A stretch of 64,000 bases of DNA, from positions 18,786,001 to 18,850,000 of the forward strand of contig NC_082727.1 in NCBI RefSeq assembly GCF_030144855.1, read 5' to 3'. Below the pieces are notes generated by a model. It saw only the letters and a program-made list of their open reading frames with translations, was not told the origin of the DNA and searched no databases. Both the position numbers and the translations under genes were made by a program. Every line of letters begins with the position of its first letter. Position 1 is the first letter of the stretch. The stretch comes from Hypanus sabinus. Lineage: Eukaryota. Positions 42,733-57,900 of this stretch are shown here, one piece after another.

Positions 42733-45700
42733 CTGGAATAAAGCACACAAAAGGCTGGACCAGAGGCAGCGTCAAACAAGCACCGAAAACAGCACTGATG
42801 GCATTGTCAGTCCCAGAAGCCTACACATGGCCACATAAACATCCACTGTACTCATCAACCACAACTATCTATGGGAGCACCTGGGAGGCAAACAGGAAAG
42901 GGGAAGTGGGATGATGTGGGGTAGATAGACAATACAGGTGATGGTGAGGGACATGAGTTTAGGAATATAAATGAACTAAGGGGAGTTAGCCACCTGGCCT
43001 CTCCAATCTACTCTACCAATCAGTGTGTTTACAATTGACAACTTTTGCCTCATCAAGCCCTACTGCCCAGGATTCCCCTGTAATACCAACATCCATCCAC
43101 ATCAATTATCCACATAAATTTCTCCCTGAGTACAGAATTTCACATTCATACTGAAACAATACTTCTTCCATGACACAAAAAAAATTTAAATACCATCATC
43201 ACCCATTCTTCCAAGTTTCTGAGTATCAAGCCAGCCTCCCAACTTCTCTACAAGACAACTCTATCCCTTCGAGACTGTTCACTCTACTCTTTGTGAGGTA
43301 AGAGGTTTTGAAAGGAACTTGTAAGAATACAGGACAGAATAAGAATAAGGCACAGAAGGAACTCAGCAACAGGCTAGGCAGCATCTGCAGAGAAATAGAC
43401 AGTTAACTGATGAAAGATCTCAACCTGGAACGTTAACTGTCCATTTCTCTCTACAGGATACTGCCTGACCTGCTGAACTCCTCCAGAATTTTTTGTGTTA
43501 CTCCAGATTCCAACATCTATAATCTCTTGTGTCTCCAACACAGAATACCTGACATCTTAATGCACCTTTAACAATCTATACAGTTAAATTCTTCTGAAAT
43601 GTAGTCACTGTAATATTCAGGAAGCATAGATGTCAAAGTGTCCAATGTAAAATCTCATTGCAGACAATGTGATGGTGACCCCTTAACCTGAGGGTTAAGA
43701 GGTAAATATTGGCCAAGACAATGGGAGCAACTCTATTGACTACATCCACCAAACAGAAAAGATAAAGACCTCAAATTCAAATCTCAAAAAAATACAGCAC
43801 TCAAGGGAGTTTACATCAGAAATAAACAGGATAAGGTCGTTCAGCCCCTCATGCTACTGTCATTTAATAAAATCATGGCTGATTGCTCTGTCATTAACCT
43901 CATATCCTTGGATTTCCTTACTGTCTAAAAATCGGTCATCTTTCTTGAGTATATTTAGTGACTGAGAGTCCACTGGCTTCCCACTAGAGAATTCCTCAGG
44001 ATCGCCACACTTTGTGAAGAAACCAGTCCATTTGGATAAATGATCTCAAGTTGAAGATTTCCTAGTGAAACCTCCTTCCTACATCTATCCTCACAGTTGT
44101 CTTTAAGTATTTTGTTAGTTTAAATGTCAATATTTATTCTCCTGAACTCTGAGAAAAGGTTTAATTGACTCAACCTACCTTCATATTATAAGGCTGTCAC
44201 CCCAGGAACCAGTTTGGTGAATCATTCTACAGTAATTACGTAATTTTTCAGGTAAATAAAACTGTGCACAACATTCCAGGTGCAGCCTCATCAGGGCCTT
44301 GTATAACCGCAGTGAAGGCCGACACCATTTGTCTTCCTAACTGCTTGTTACACCCGTATGCTGGTCTTCAGTGATTGTACTACTACACCTGGCTCCCTTT
44401 CAACATCAACATCACAATCTCTTAAAAAGAAGACAGTATTTCTGTTATTTCTACCAAACATAGACATAGCAAACAGGTGCAGGGGAGGCCATTTAGTCCC
44501 ACAACCTGTTCCTCCATTCCATACCGTCACTGCTGATTCTCCATCTCATCCCCATCTCTTCCTGAACCCTTTGAGATCTTTGTGTTGTGAAATCTCTTGT
44601 ATTCTTTAACATATTTCAGAACTTCTGCAACAGACAATTCTACTCTGAATCACCCTGACATCAGCCTGTCTAGCTCTGTTAGACTTCTGTACTCTTCCAC
44701 TGTATTCCTTCTCAGTCTTACATGTACATCTGACCCATCCTCTCATACCATCCCTGCCATCTAAGGAATAAGATTTGTGAACCTTTCTGCACTTTTTCAT
44801 TGACTAGTCTCATTTTTTAAGAACACAGAACATTACAGTACAATATAGGCTCTTTGGCCCATGAGGTTGTGCTGAGCCTTTAACCTACTCCAAGATAATC
44901 TGACCCTTCCCTCCCACATGGCCCTCCATTATTCTATCATCTATGTGCTTATCTGAGTCCCTTAAATGTCCCTAATGTATCTGCTTCTACCACCACCTCC
45001 TGGCAGGACATTCCAGACACCTACTGCTTTCTGTGATAAGAACTTACCCCTGATAACCCCTCTATACTTTCTTCCAATCACATGTTCAGTCTTTATATGC
45101 CTCTTATCTTTTTGTACTCCTCCATAAAGTCACCTCTCATCCTCCTCCAATCCAGAGGGAAAAGCCCTCATTTCTCATCTTATTCTTGTAAGACACGCTC
45201 TCTAATCCAGGTAGCATCCTGGTAAATCTCTACACACTCTCTACAGCTTCCACACATCCTTCCTATGATGAACTGACCAGACCTGAACGCCATATTCCAA
45301 TTGCAGTCTGACCAGAGTTTTATAGAGCTGCAACATTGCCTTGCTGCTCTTGAACTCAATCACCTAATGAAAATCAACACAATGTTGGAGAGCTGGATGA
45401 ATTGAGGAAAGTGGTACAGAAGAGGAGTTCAGGTCAGTGTGGAGCAGTCATAATCACAGTGAGGAGCTGGTGGCCTCCTCATAAAATCTGTCCTGTGTCC
45501 TTAGGGTAGGGGGTAGTGTTCCCAGGCACATGGTGCCCTTGTCCTCGGTAGTGGAAGGTATCAGGGTGGTCCAAATGAACTGCTGCGAAATCCCAATCTG
45601 ACTTGGTCAACACACAAGTCATATTTAGTGGAAAACAGAAGCTGACAAGTTACAGCCTCCAAAAACTGATGAGCTGAGAAAGTTACATTGAAAATTGCAG

Positions 45701-45987
45701 GCATACGATGTTGGTGCTGGAATGTGTAGTGATACCTGTAGGCTGTTGCCATCATATCCTTTGGTTGTGTTCATTATTAATGCAAACAACACAATTCACT
45801 GTACATTTCAACATATTTGTAAAAAAATAGTCTGAACTGGAATCTGAATTTCCACAAGGTGGCAACAGTATCCCATGAACAGAAAGAATCACAACGCTAA
45901 CAGAACAACGGCAGCTCACACACAGTGCCAGAATCACTAAAGCAGTAACACAGGAGGCCTCCCAATAGTCCCTGGTTAATACAGCTA

Positions 45988-48900
45988 ACTTTCTACTCTC
46001 AGTCATTGCTCACAATTTCTTTCAAGCCCCACTTACTGTTCACAATCACTTTCTACTCCCATTGTTCACAATCCCTTTCAACTCACAGTCACTGTTCACA
46101 ATCCCTTTCTGCTCCCCGTCACTGTTCACAAGCCCTTTCTACTCCCATCACTGTTCACAATCCCTTTCTGCTCCCCGTTACTCTTCACAATCCCTTTCTG
46201 CTCCCCGTCACTGTTCACAATCCCTTTTACTCCCAGTGACTGTTCACAATCCCCTTCTGCTCCCCGTCACTGTTCACAATCCCTTTTACTCCCAGTGACT
46301 GTTCACAATCCCCTTCTGCTCCCCGTCACTGTTCACAATCCCTTTCTACAGCCGTCTCTGTTCCCAGTCCCTTTCTACTCCCCATCACTGTTCACAAGCC
46401 CTTTCTACTCCCGTCACTGTTCACAATACCTTTCTGCACCCCGTTACTCTTCACAATCCCTTTCTGCTCCCCGTCACTGTTCACAATCCCTTTTACTCGC
46501 AGTGACTGTTCACAATCCCTTTCTACACCAAGTCAATGTACACAACCCCTTTCTACTCCCCGTCACTATTCACAATCCCCTTCTACTCCCATCACAGTTC
46601 ACAATCCCTTTCTACTCCCATCACTGTTCACAGTCCGTTTCTACTCCCATCACTGTTCACAATCCCTTTCTACACCAAGTCAATGTACACAACCCCTTTC
46701 TACTCCCCGTCACTATTCACAATCCCCTTCTACTCCCATCACAGTTCACAATCCCTTTCTACTCCCATCACTGTTCACAATCCCTGTCTACTCCCCGTCA
46801 CTGTTCACACTCCCCGTCACTGTTCACAATCCCTTTCTACAGCCGTCTCTGTTCCCAGTCCCTTTCTACTCCCCATCACTGTTCACAAGCCCTTTCTGCT
46901 CCCCATCACTGTTCACAATACCTTTCTGCTCCCCGTTACTCTTCACAATCCCTTTCTGCTCCCCGTCACTGTTCACAATCCTTTTACTCGCAGTGACTGT
47001 TCACAATCCCTTTCTACACCAAGTCAATGTACACAACCCCTTTCTACTCCCCGTCACTATTCACAATCCCCTTCTACTCCCATCACAGTTCACAATCCCT
47101 TTCTACTCCCATCACAGTTCACAATCCCTTTCTACTCCCATCACTGTTCACAATCCCTTTCTACTCCCATCACTGTTCACAGTCCCTTTCTACTCCCATC
47201 GCTGTTCAAAATCCCTGTCTACTCCCCGTCACTGTTCACACTCCCCGTCACTGTTCACACTCCCCGTCACTGTTCACAATCCCTTTCTACTCCCATCACT
47301 GTTCACAGTCCCTTTCTACTCTCATCACTGTTCACAGTCCCTTTCTACTCCCATCGCTGTTCACAATCCCTTTCTACTCCCCGTCACAGTTCACACTCCC
47401 CGTCACTGTTCACAGTCCCTTTCTACTCCCATCGCTGTTCACAATCCCTGTCTACTCCCCGTCACTGTTCACAATCCCTTTCTACTCCCATCACTGTTCA
47501 CAGTCCCTTTCTACTCCCATCACTGTACACAACCCCTTTCTACTCCCCGTCACTATTCACAATCCCCTTCTACTCCCATCACAGTTCACAATCCCTTTCT
47601 ACTCCCATCACTGTTCACAATCCCTTTCTACTCCCATCGCTGTTCACAATCCCTTTCTACTCCCCGTCACTGTTCACACTCCCTGTCACAGTTCACAATC
47701 ACTTTCTACTCCCATCACTGTTCACAGTCCCTTTCTACTCCCATCACTGTTCACAGTCCCTTTCTACTCCCATCGCTGTTCACAATCCCTTTCTACTCCC
47801 CGTCACTGTTCACACTCCACGTCACTGTTCACAATCACTTTCTACTCCCATCACTGTTCACAGTCCCTTTCTGCTCCCATCGCTGTTCACAATCCCTTTC
47901 TGCTCCCCGTTACTCTTCACAATCCCTTTCTGCTCCCCGTCACTGTTCACAATCACTTTTACTCCCAGTGACTGTTCACAATCCCCTTCTACTCCCAGTC
48001 ACTGTTCACAATCCCTTACTACTCCCATCACAGTTCACAATCCCTTTCTACTCCCATCACTGTTCACAGTCCGTTTCTACTCCCATCACTGTTCACAATC
48101 CCTTTCTACACCAAGTCAATGTACACAACCCCTTTCTACTCCCCGTCACTATTCATAATCCCTTTCTACTCCCATCACTGTTCACAGTCCCTTTTTACTC
48201 CCATCGCTGTTCACAATCCCTGTCTACTCCCCGTCACTGTTCACACTCCCCGTCACTGTTCACAATCCCTTTCTACTCCCATCACTGTTCACAGTCCCTT
48301 TCTACTCCCATCACTGTTCACAGTCCCTTTCTACTCCCATCGCTGTTCACAATCCCTTTCTACTCCCCGTCACAGTTCACACTCCCCGTCACTGTTCACA
48401 ATCCCTTTCTACTCCCAGTCACTGTTCACAATCCCTTACTACTCCCAGTCACTGTTCACAATCCCTTACTATTCCCAGTCAATGTTCACAATCCCTTGCT
48501 ACTCCCAGTCACTGTTCACAATCCCTTACTACTCCCAGTCATTGTTCACAATCCCTTACTACTCCCAGTCACTGTTCACAGTCCCTTTCTACTCCCATCA
48601 CTGTTCACAGTCCCTTTCTACTCCCATCACTGTTCACAGTCCCTTTCTACTCCCAGTCACTGTTCAAAATCCCTTTCTACTCCCATCACTGTTCACAGTC
48701 CCTTTCTACTCCCAGTCACTGTTCACAATCCCTTTCTACTCCCATCACTGTTCACAGTCCCTTTCTACTCCCCGTCACTGTTCACAATCCCTTTCTACTC
48801 CCATCACTGTTCACAGTCCCTTTCTACTCCCATCACTGTTCATACTCCCCGTCACTGTTCACAGTCCCTTTCTACTCCCCGTCACTGTTCATAATCCCTT

Positions 48901-51900
48901 TCTACTCCTAGTCACTGTTCACAATCCCTTTCTACTCCCATCACTGTTCACAATCCCTTTCTACTCCCGTCACTGTTCACAGTCCCTTTCTACTCCCATC
49001 ACTGTTCACAGTCCCTTTCTACTCCCCGTCACTGTTCACAGTCCCTTTCTACTCCCCGTCACTGTTCATAATCCCTTTCTACTCCTAGTCACTGTTCACA
49101 ATCCCTTTCTACTCCCATCACTGTTCACAATCCCTTTCTACTCCCATCACTGTTCACAGTCCGTTTCTACTCCCATCACTGTTCACAATCCCTTTCTACA
49201 CCAAGTCAATGTACACAACCCCTTTCTACACCCCGTCACTATTCACAATCCCCTTCTACTCCCATCACTGTTCACAATCCCTTTCTACTCCCATCACTGT
49301 TCACAGTCCCTTTCTACACCCCGTCACTGTTCACAATCCCTTTCTACTCCCCGTCACTGTTCACAGTCCCTTTCTACTCCCCGTCACTGTTCATAATCCC
49401 TTTCTACTCCTAGTCACTGTTCACAATCCCTTTATACTCCCGGTCACTGTTCACAATCCCTTTCAACTCACAGTCACTGTTCACAATCCCTTACTACTCC
49501 CCATCACTGTTCACAGTCCCTTTCTACTCCCATCGCTGTTCACAATCCCTGTCTACTCCCTGTCACTGTTCACACTCCCCGTCACTGTTCACAATCCCTT
49601 TCTACTCCCATCACTGTTCACAGTCCCTTTCTACTCCCATCACTGTTCACAGTCCCTTTCTACTCCCATCGCTGTTCACAATCCCTTTCTACTCCCCGTC
49701 ACAGTTCACACTCCCCGTCACTGTTCACAATCCCTTTCTACTCCCAGTCACTGTTAACAATCCCTTACTACTCCCAGTCACTGTTCACAATCCCTTACTA
49801 TTCCCAGTCAATGTTCACAATCCCTTGCTACTCCCAGTCACTGTTCACAATCCCTTACTACTCCCAGTCATTGTTCACAATCCCTTACTACTCCCAGTCA
49901 CTGTTCACAGTCCCTTTCTACTCCCATCACTGTTCACAGTCCCTTTCTACTCCCATCACTGTTCACAGTCCCTTTCTACTCCCAGTCACTGTTCACAATC
50001 CCTTTCTACTCCCATCACTGTTCACAGTCCCTTTCTACTCCCAGTCACTGTTCACAATCCCTTTCTACTCCCATCACTGTTCACAGTCACTTTATACTCC
50101 CCGTCACTGTTCACAATCCCTTTCTACTCCCATCACTGTTCACAGTCCCTTTCTACTCCCATCACTGTTCACACTCCCCGTCACTGTTCACAGTCCCTTT
50201 CTACACGCCGTCACTGTTCACAATCCCCTTCTGCTCCCAGTCACTGTTCACAGTCCCTTTCTACACCCCGTCACTGATCACAATCCCTTTCTACTCCCCG
50301 TCACTGTTCACAGTCCCTTTCTACTCCCCGTCACTGTTCATAATCCCTTTCTACTCCTAGTCACTGTTCACAATCCCTTTCTACTCCCATCACTGTTCAC
50401 AATCCCTTTCTACTCCCATCACTGTTCACAGTCCGTTTCTACTCCCATCACTGTTCACAATCCCTTTCTACACCAAGTCAATGTACACAACCCCTTTCTA
50501 CTCCCCGTCACTATTCACAATCCCCTTCTACTCCCATCACAGTTCACAATCCCTTTCTACTCCCATCACTGTTCACAGTCCCTTTCTACACCCCGTCACT
50601 GTTCACAATCCCTTTCTACTCCCCGTCACTGTTCACAGTCCCTTTCTACTCCCCACAGTCCCTTTCTACTCCCCGTCACTGTTCATAATCCCTTTCTACT
50701 CCCGGTCACTGTTCACAATCCCTTTCAACTCACAGTCACTGTTCACAATCCCTTACTACTCCCCATCACTGTTCACAATCCCCTTCTGCTCCCCGTCACT
50801 GTTCCCAGTCCCTTTCTACTCCCCGTCACTGTTCACAAGCCCTTTCTACTCCCATCACTGTTCACAATCCGTATCTGCTCCCCGTTACTCTTCACAATCC
50901 CTTTCTGCTCCCCGTCACTGTTCACAATCACTTTTACTCCCAGTGACTGTTCACAATCCATTTCTGCTCCCCGTCACTGTTCACAATCCCTTTCTACAGC
51001 CGTCATTGTTCCCAGTCCCTTTCTAATCCCTTCACTGTTCACAAGCCCTTTCCGCTCCCCGTCACTGTTCACAATCCCTTTTACTCCCAGTGACTGTTTA
51101 CAATCCCTTTCTACACCAAGTCAATGTACACAACCCCTTTCTACTCCCCGTCACTATTCACAATCCCCTTCTACTCCCATCACAGTTCACAATCCATTTC
51201 TACTCCCATCACAGTTCACAATCCCTTTCTACTCCCATCACTGTTCACAGTGCCTTTCTACTCCCATCACTGTTCACAGTCCCTTTCTACTCCCATCGCT
51301 ATTCAGAATCCCTTTCTACTCCCCGTCACTGTTCACACTCCCCGTCACAGTTCACAATCCCTTTCTACTCCCATCACTGTTCACAGTCCCTTTCTACTCC
51401 CATCACTGTTCACAGTCCCTTTCTACTCTCATCACTGTTCACAGTCCCTTTCTACTCCCATCGCTGTTCACAATCCCTTTCTACTCCCCGTCACAGTTCA
51501 CACTCCCCGTCACTGTTCACAGTCCCTTTCTACTCCCATCGCTGTTCACAATCCCTGTCTACTCCCCGTCACTGTTCACAATCCCTTTCTACTCCCATCA
51601 CTGTTCACAGTCCCTTTCTACTCCCATCACTGTACACAACCCCTTTCTACTCCCCGTCACTATTCACAATCCCCTTCTACTCCCATCACAGTTCACAATC
51701 CCTTTCTACTCCCATCACTGTTCACAATCCCTTTCTACTCCCATCGCTGTTCACAATCCCTTTCTACTCCCCGTCACTGTTCACACTCCCTGTCACAGTT
51801 CACAATCACTTTCTACTCCCATCACTGTTCACAGTCCCTTTCTACTCCCATCACTGTTCACAGTCCCTTTCTACTCCCATCGCTGTTCACAATCCCTTTC

Positions 51901-54900
51901 TACTCCCCGTCACTGTTCACACTCCACGTCACTGTTCACAATCACTTTCTACTCCCATCACTGTTCACAGTCCCTGTCTGCTCCCATCGCTGTTCACAAT
52001 CCCTTTCTGCTCCCCGTTACTCTTCACAATCCCTTTCTGCTCCCCGTCACTGTTCACAATCACTTTTACTCCCAGTGACTGTTCACAATCCCCTTCTACT
52101 CCCAGTCACTGTTCACAATCCCTTACTACTCCCATCACAGTTCACAATCCCTTTCTACTCCCATCACTGTTCACAGTCCGTTTCTACTCCCATCACTGTT
52201 CACAATCCCTTTCTACACCAAGTCAATGTACACAACCCCTTTCTACTCCCCGTCACTATTCATAATCCCTTTCTACTCCCATCACTGTTCACAGTCCCTT
52301 TTTACTCCCATCGCTGTTCACAATCCCTTTCTACTCCCGTCACTGTTCACAGTCCCTTTCTACTCCCATCACTGTTCACAGTCCCTTTCTACTCCCCGTC
52401 ACTGTTCACAGTCCCTTTCTACTCCCCGTCACTGTTCATAATCCCTTTCTACTCCTAGTCACTGTTCACAATCCCTTTCTACTCCCATCACTGTTCACAA
52501 TCCCTTTCTACTCCCATCACTGTTCACAGTCCGTTTCTACTCCCGTCACTGTTCACAATCCCTTTCTACAGCCGTCTCTGTTCCCAGTCCCTTTCTACTC
52601 CCCATCACTGTTCACAAGCCCTTTCTGCTCCCCATCACTGTTCACAATACCTTTCTGCTCCCCGTTACTCTTCACAATCCCTTTCTGCTCCCCGTCACTG
52701 TTCACAATCCTTTTACTCGCAGTGACTGTTCACAATCCCTTTCTACACCAAGTCAATGTACACAACCCCTTTCTACTCCCCGTCACTATTCACAATCCCC
52801 TTCTACTCCCATCACAGTTCACAATCCCTTTCTACTCCCATCACAGTTCACAATCCCTTTCTACTCCCATCACTGTTCACAATCCCTTTCTACTCCCATC
52901 ACTGTTCACAGTCCCTTTCTACTCCCATCGCTGTTCAAAATCCCTGTCTACTCCCCGTCACTGTTCACACTCCCCGTCACTGTTCACACTCCCCGTCACT
53001 GTTCACAATCCCTTTCTACTCCCATCACTGTTCACAGTCCCTTTCTACTCTCATCACTGTTCACAGTCCCTTTCTACTCCCATCGCTGTTCACAATCCCT
53101 TTCTACTCCCCGTCACAGTTCACACTCCCCGTCACTGTTCACAGTCCCTTTCTACTCCCATCGCTGTTCACAATCCCTGTCTACTCCCCGTCACTGTTCA
53201 CAATCCCTTTCTACTCCCATCACTGTTCACAGTCCCTTTCTACTCCCATCACTGTACACAACCCCTTTCTACTCCCCGTCACTATTCACAATCCCCTTCT
53301 ACTCCCATCACAGTTCACAATCCCTTTCTACTCCCATCACTGTTCACAATCCCTTTCTACTCCCATCGCTGTTCACAATCCCTTTCTACTCCCCGTCACT
53401 GTTCACACTCCCTGTCACAGTTCACAATCACTTTCTACTCCCATCACTGTTCACAGTCCCTTTCTACTCCCATCACTGTTCACAGTCCCTTTCTACTCCC
53501 ATCGCTGTTCACAATCCCTTTCTACTCCCCGTCACTGTTCACACTCCACGTCACTGTTCACAATCACTTTCTACTCCCATCACTGTTCACAGTCCCTTTC
53601 TGCTCCCATCGCTGTTCACAATCCCTTTCTGCTCCCCGTTACTCTTCACAATCCCTTTCTGCTCCCCGTCACTGTTCACAATCACTTTTACTCCCAGTGA
53701 CTGTTCACAATCCCCTTCTACTCCCAGTCACTGTTCACAATCCCTTACTACTCCCATCACAGTTCACAATCCCTTTCTACTCCCATCACTGTTCACAGTC
53801 CGTTTCTACTCCCATCACTGTTCACAATCCCTTTCTACACCAAGTCAATGTACACAACCCCTTTCTACTCCCCGTCACTATTCATAATCCCTTTCTACTC
53901 CCATCACTGTTCACAGTCCCTTTTTACTCCCATCGCTGTTCACAATCCCTGTCTACTCCCCGTCACTGTTCACACTCCCCGTCACTGTTCACAATCCCTT
54001 TCTACTCCCATCACTGTTCACAGTCCCTTTCTACTCCCATCACTGTTCACAGTCCCTTTCTACTCCCATCGCTGTTCACAATCCCTTTCTACTCCCCGTC
54101 ACAGTTCACACTCCCCGTCACTGTTCACAATCCCTTTCTACTCCCAGTCACTGTTCACAATCCCTTACTACTCCCAGTCACTGTTCACAATCCCTTACTA
54201 TTCCCAGTCAATGTTCACAATCCCTTGCTACTCCCAGTCACTGTTCACAATCCCTTACTACTCCCAGTCATTGTTCACAATCCCTTACTACTCCCAGTCA
54301 CTGTTCACAGTCCCTTTCTACTCCCATCACTGTTCACAGTCCCTTTCTACTCCCATCACTGTTCACAGTCCCTTTCTACTCCCAGTCACTGTTCAAAATC
54401 CCTTTCTACTCCCATCACTGTTCACAGTCCCTTTCTACTCCCAGTCACTGTTCACAATCCCTTTCTACTCCCATCACTGTTCACAGTCCCTTTCTACTCC
54501 CCGTCACTGTTCACAATCCCTTTCTACTCCCATCACTGTTCACAGTCCCTTTCTACTCCCATCACTGTTCATACTCCCCGTCACTGTTCACAGTCCCTTT
54601 CTACTCCCCGTCACTGTTCATAATCCCTTTCTACTCCTAGTCACTGTTCACAATCCCTTTCTACTCCCATCACTGTTCACAATCCCTTTCTACTCCCGTC
54701 ACTGTTCACAGTCCCTTTCTACTCCCATCACTGTTCACAGTCCCTTTCTACTCCCCGTCACTGTTCACAGTCCCTTTCTACTCCCCGTCACTGTTCATAA
54801 TCCCTTTCTACTCCTAGTCACTGTTCACAATCCCTTTCTACTCCCATCACTGTTCACAATCCCTTTCTACTCCCATCACTGTTCACAGTCCGTTTCTACT

Positions 54901-57900
54901 CCCATCACTGTTCACAATCCCTTTCTACACCAAGTCAATGTACACAACCCCTTTCTACACCCCGTCACTATTCACAATCCCCTTCTACTCCCATCACTGT
55001 TCACAATCCCTTTCTACTCCCATCACTGTTCACAGTCCCTTTCTACACCCCGTCACTGTTCACAATCCCTTTCTACTCCCCGTCACTGTTCACAGTCCCT
55101 TTCTACTCCCCGTCACTGTTCATAATCCCTTTCTACTCCTAGTCACTGTTCACAATCCCTTTATACTCCCGGTCACTGTTCACAATCCCTTTCAACTCAC
55201 AGTCACTGTTCACAATCCCTTACTACTCCCCATCACTGTTCACAGTCCCTTTCTACTCCCATCGCTGTTCACAATCCCTGTCTACTCCCTGTCACTGTTC
55301 ACACTCCCCGTCACTGTTCACAATCCCTTTCTACTCCCATCACTGTTCACAGTCCCTTTCTACTCCCATCACTGTTCACAGTCCCTTTCTACTCCCATCG
55401 CTGTTCACAATCCCTTTCTACTCCCCGTCACAGTTCACACTCCCCGTCACTGTTCACAATCCCTTTCTACTCCCAGTCACTGTTAACAATCCCTTACTAC
55501 TCCCAGTCACTGTTCACAATCCCTTACTATTCCCAGTCAATGTTCACAATCCCTTGCTACTCCCAGTCACTGTTCACAATCCCTTACTACTCCCAGTCAT
55601 TGTTCACAATCCCTTACTACTCCCAGTCACTGTTCACAGTCCCTTTCTACTCCCATCACTGTTCACAGTCCCTTTCTACTCCCATCACTGTTCACAGTCC
55701 CTTTCTACTCCCAGTCACTGTTCACAATCCCTTTCTACTCCCATCACTGTTCACAGTCCCTTTCTACTCCCAGTCACTGTTCACAATCCCTTTCTACTCC
55801 CATCACTGTTCACAGTCACTTTATACTCCCCGTCACTGTTCACAATCCCTTTCTACTCCCATCACTGTTCACAGTCCCTTTCTACTCCCATCACTGTTCA
55901 CACTCCCCGTCACTGTTCACAGTCCCTTTCTACACGCCGTCACTGTTCACAATCCCCTTCTGCTCCCAGTCACTGTTCACAGTCCCTTTCTACACCCCGT
56001 CACTGATCACAATCCCTTTCTACTCCCCGTCACTGTTCACAGTCCCTTTCTACTCCCCGTCACTGTTCATAATCCCTTTCTACTCCTAGTCACTGTTCAC
56101 AATCCCTTTCTACTCCCATCACTGTTCACAATCCCTTTCTACTCCCATCACTGTTCACAGTCCGTTTCTACTCCCATCACTGTTCACAATCCCTTTCTAC
56201 ACCAAGTCAATGTACACAACCCCTTTCTACTCCCCGTCACTATTCACAATCCCCTTCTACTCCCATCACAGTTCACAATCCCTTTCTACTCCCATCACTG
56301 TTCACAGTCCCTTTCTACACCCCGTCACTGTTCACAATCCCTTTCTACTCCCCGTCACTGTTCACAGTCCCTTTCTACTCCCCACAGTCCCTTTCTACTC
56401 CCCGTCACTGTTCATAATCCCTTTCTACTCCCGGTCACTGTTCACAATCCCTTTCAACTCACAGTCACTGTTCACAATCCCTTACTACTCCCCATCACTG
56501 TTCACAATCCCCTTCTGCTCCCCGTCACTGTTCCCAGTCCCTTTCTACTCCCCGTCACTGTTCACAAGCCCTTTCTACTCCCATCACTGTTCACAATCCG
56601 TATCTGCTCCCCGTTACTCTTCACAATCCCTTTCTGCTCCCCGTCACTGTTCACAATCACTTTTACTCCCAGTGACTGTTCACAATCCATTTCTGCTCCC
56701 CGTCACTGTTCACAATCCCTTTCTACAGCCGTCATTGTTCCCAGTCCCTTTCTAATCCCTTCACTGTTCACAAGCCCTTTCCGCTCCCCGTCACTGTTCA
56801 CAATCCCTTTTACTCCCAGTGACTGTTTACAATCCCTTTCTACACCAAGTCAATGTACACAACCCCTTTCTACTCCCCGTCACTATTCACAATCCCCTTC
56901 TACTCCCATCACAGTTCACAATCCATTTCTACTCCCATCACAGTTCACAATCCCTTTCTACTCCCATCACTGTTCACAGTGCCTTTCTACTCCCATCACT
57001 GTTCACAGTCCCTTTCTACTCCCATCGCTATTCAGAATCCCTTTCTACTCCCCGTCACTGTTCACACTCCCCGTCACAGTTCACAATCCCTTTCTACTCC
57101 CATCACTGTTCACAGTCCCTTTCTACTCCCATCACTGTTCACAGTCCCTTTCTACTCTCATCACTGTTCACAGTCCCTTTCTACTCCCATCGCTGTTCAC
57201 AATCCCTTTCTACTCCCCGTCACAGTTCACACTCCCCGTCACTGTTCACAGTCCCTTTCTACTCCCATCGCTGTTCACAATCCCTGTCTACTCCCCGTCA
57301 CTGTTCACAATCCCTTTCTACTCCCATCACTGTTCACAGTCCCTTTCTACTCCCATCACTGTACACAACCCCTTTCTACTCCCCGTCACTATTCACAATC
57401 CCCTTCTACTCCCATCACAGTTCACAATCCCTTTCTACTCCCATCACTGTTCACAATCCCTTTCTACTCCCATCGCTGTTCACAATCCCTTTCTACTCCC
57501 CGTCACTGTTCACACTCCCTGTCACAGTTCACAATCACTTTCTACTCCCATCACTGTTCACAGTCCCTTTCTACTCCCATCACTGTTCACAGTCCCTTTC
57601 TACTCCCATCGCTGTTCACAATCCCTTTCTACTCCCCGTCACTGTTCACACTCCACGTCACTGTTCACAATCACTTTCTACTCCCATCACTGTTCACAGT
57701 CCCTGTCTGCTCCCATCGCTGTTCACAATCCCTTTCTGCTCCCCGTTACTCTTCACAATCCCTTTCTGCTCCCCGTCACTGTTCACAATCACTTTTACTC
57801 CCAGTGACTGTTCACAATCCCCTTCTACTCCCAGTCACTGTTCACAATCCCTTACTACTCCCATCACAGTTCACAATCCCTTTCTACTCCCATCACTGTT

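Noticed and set aside
42733-45990. Next upstream FBXW4 exon (expected ...LLSCGYDTYVRYWD...-like), including the 84-aa minus ORF at 45752-46006
   Set aside because: I could not find a WD40-like match in this interval, so the exon is presumably beyond the window.
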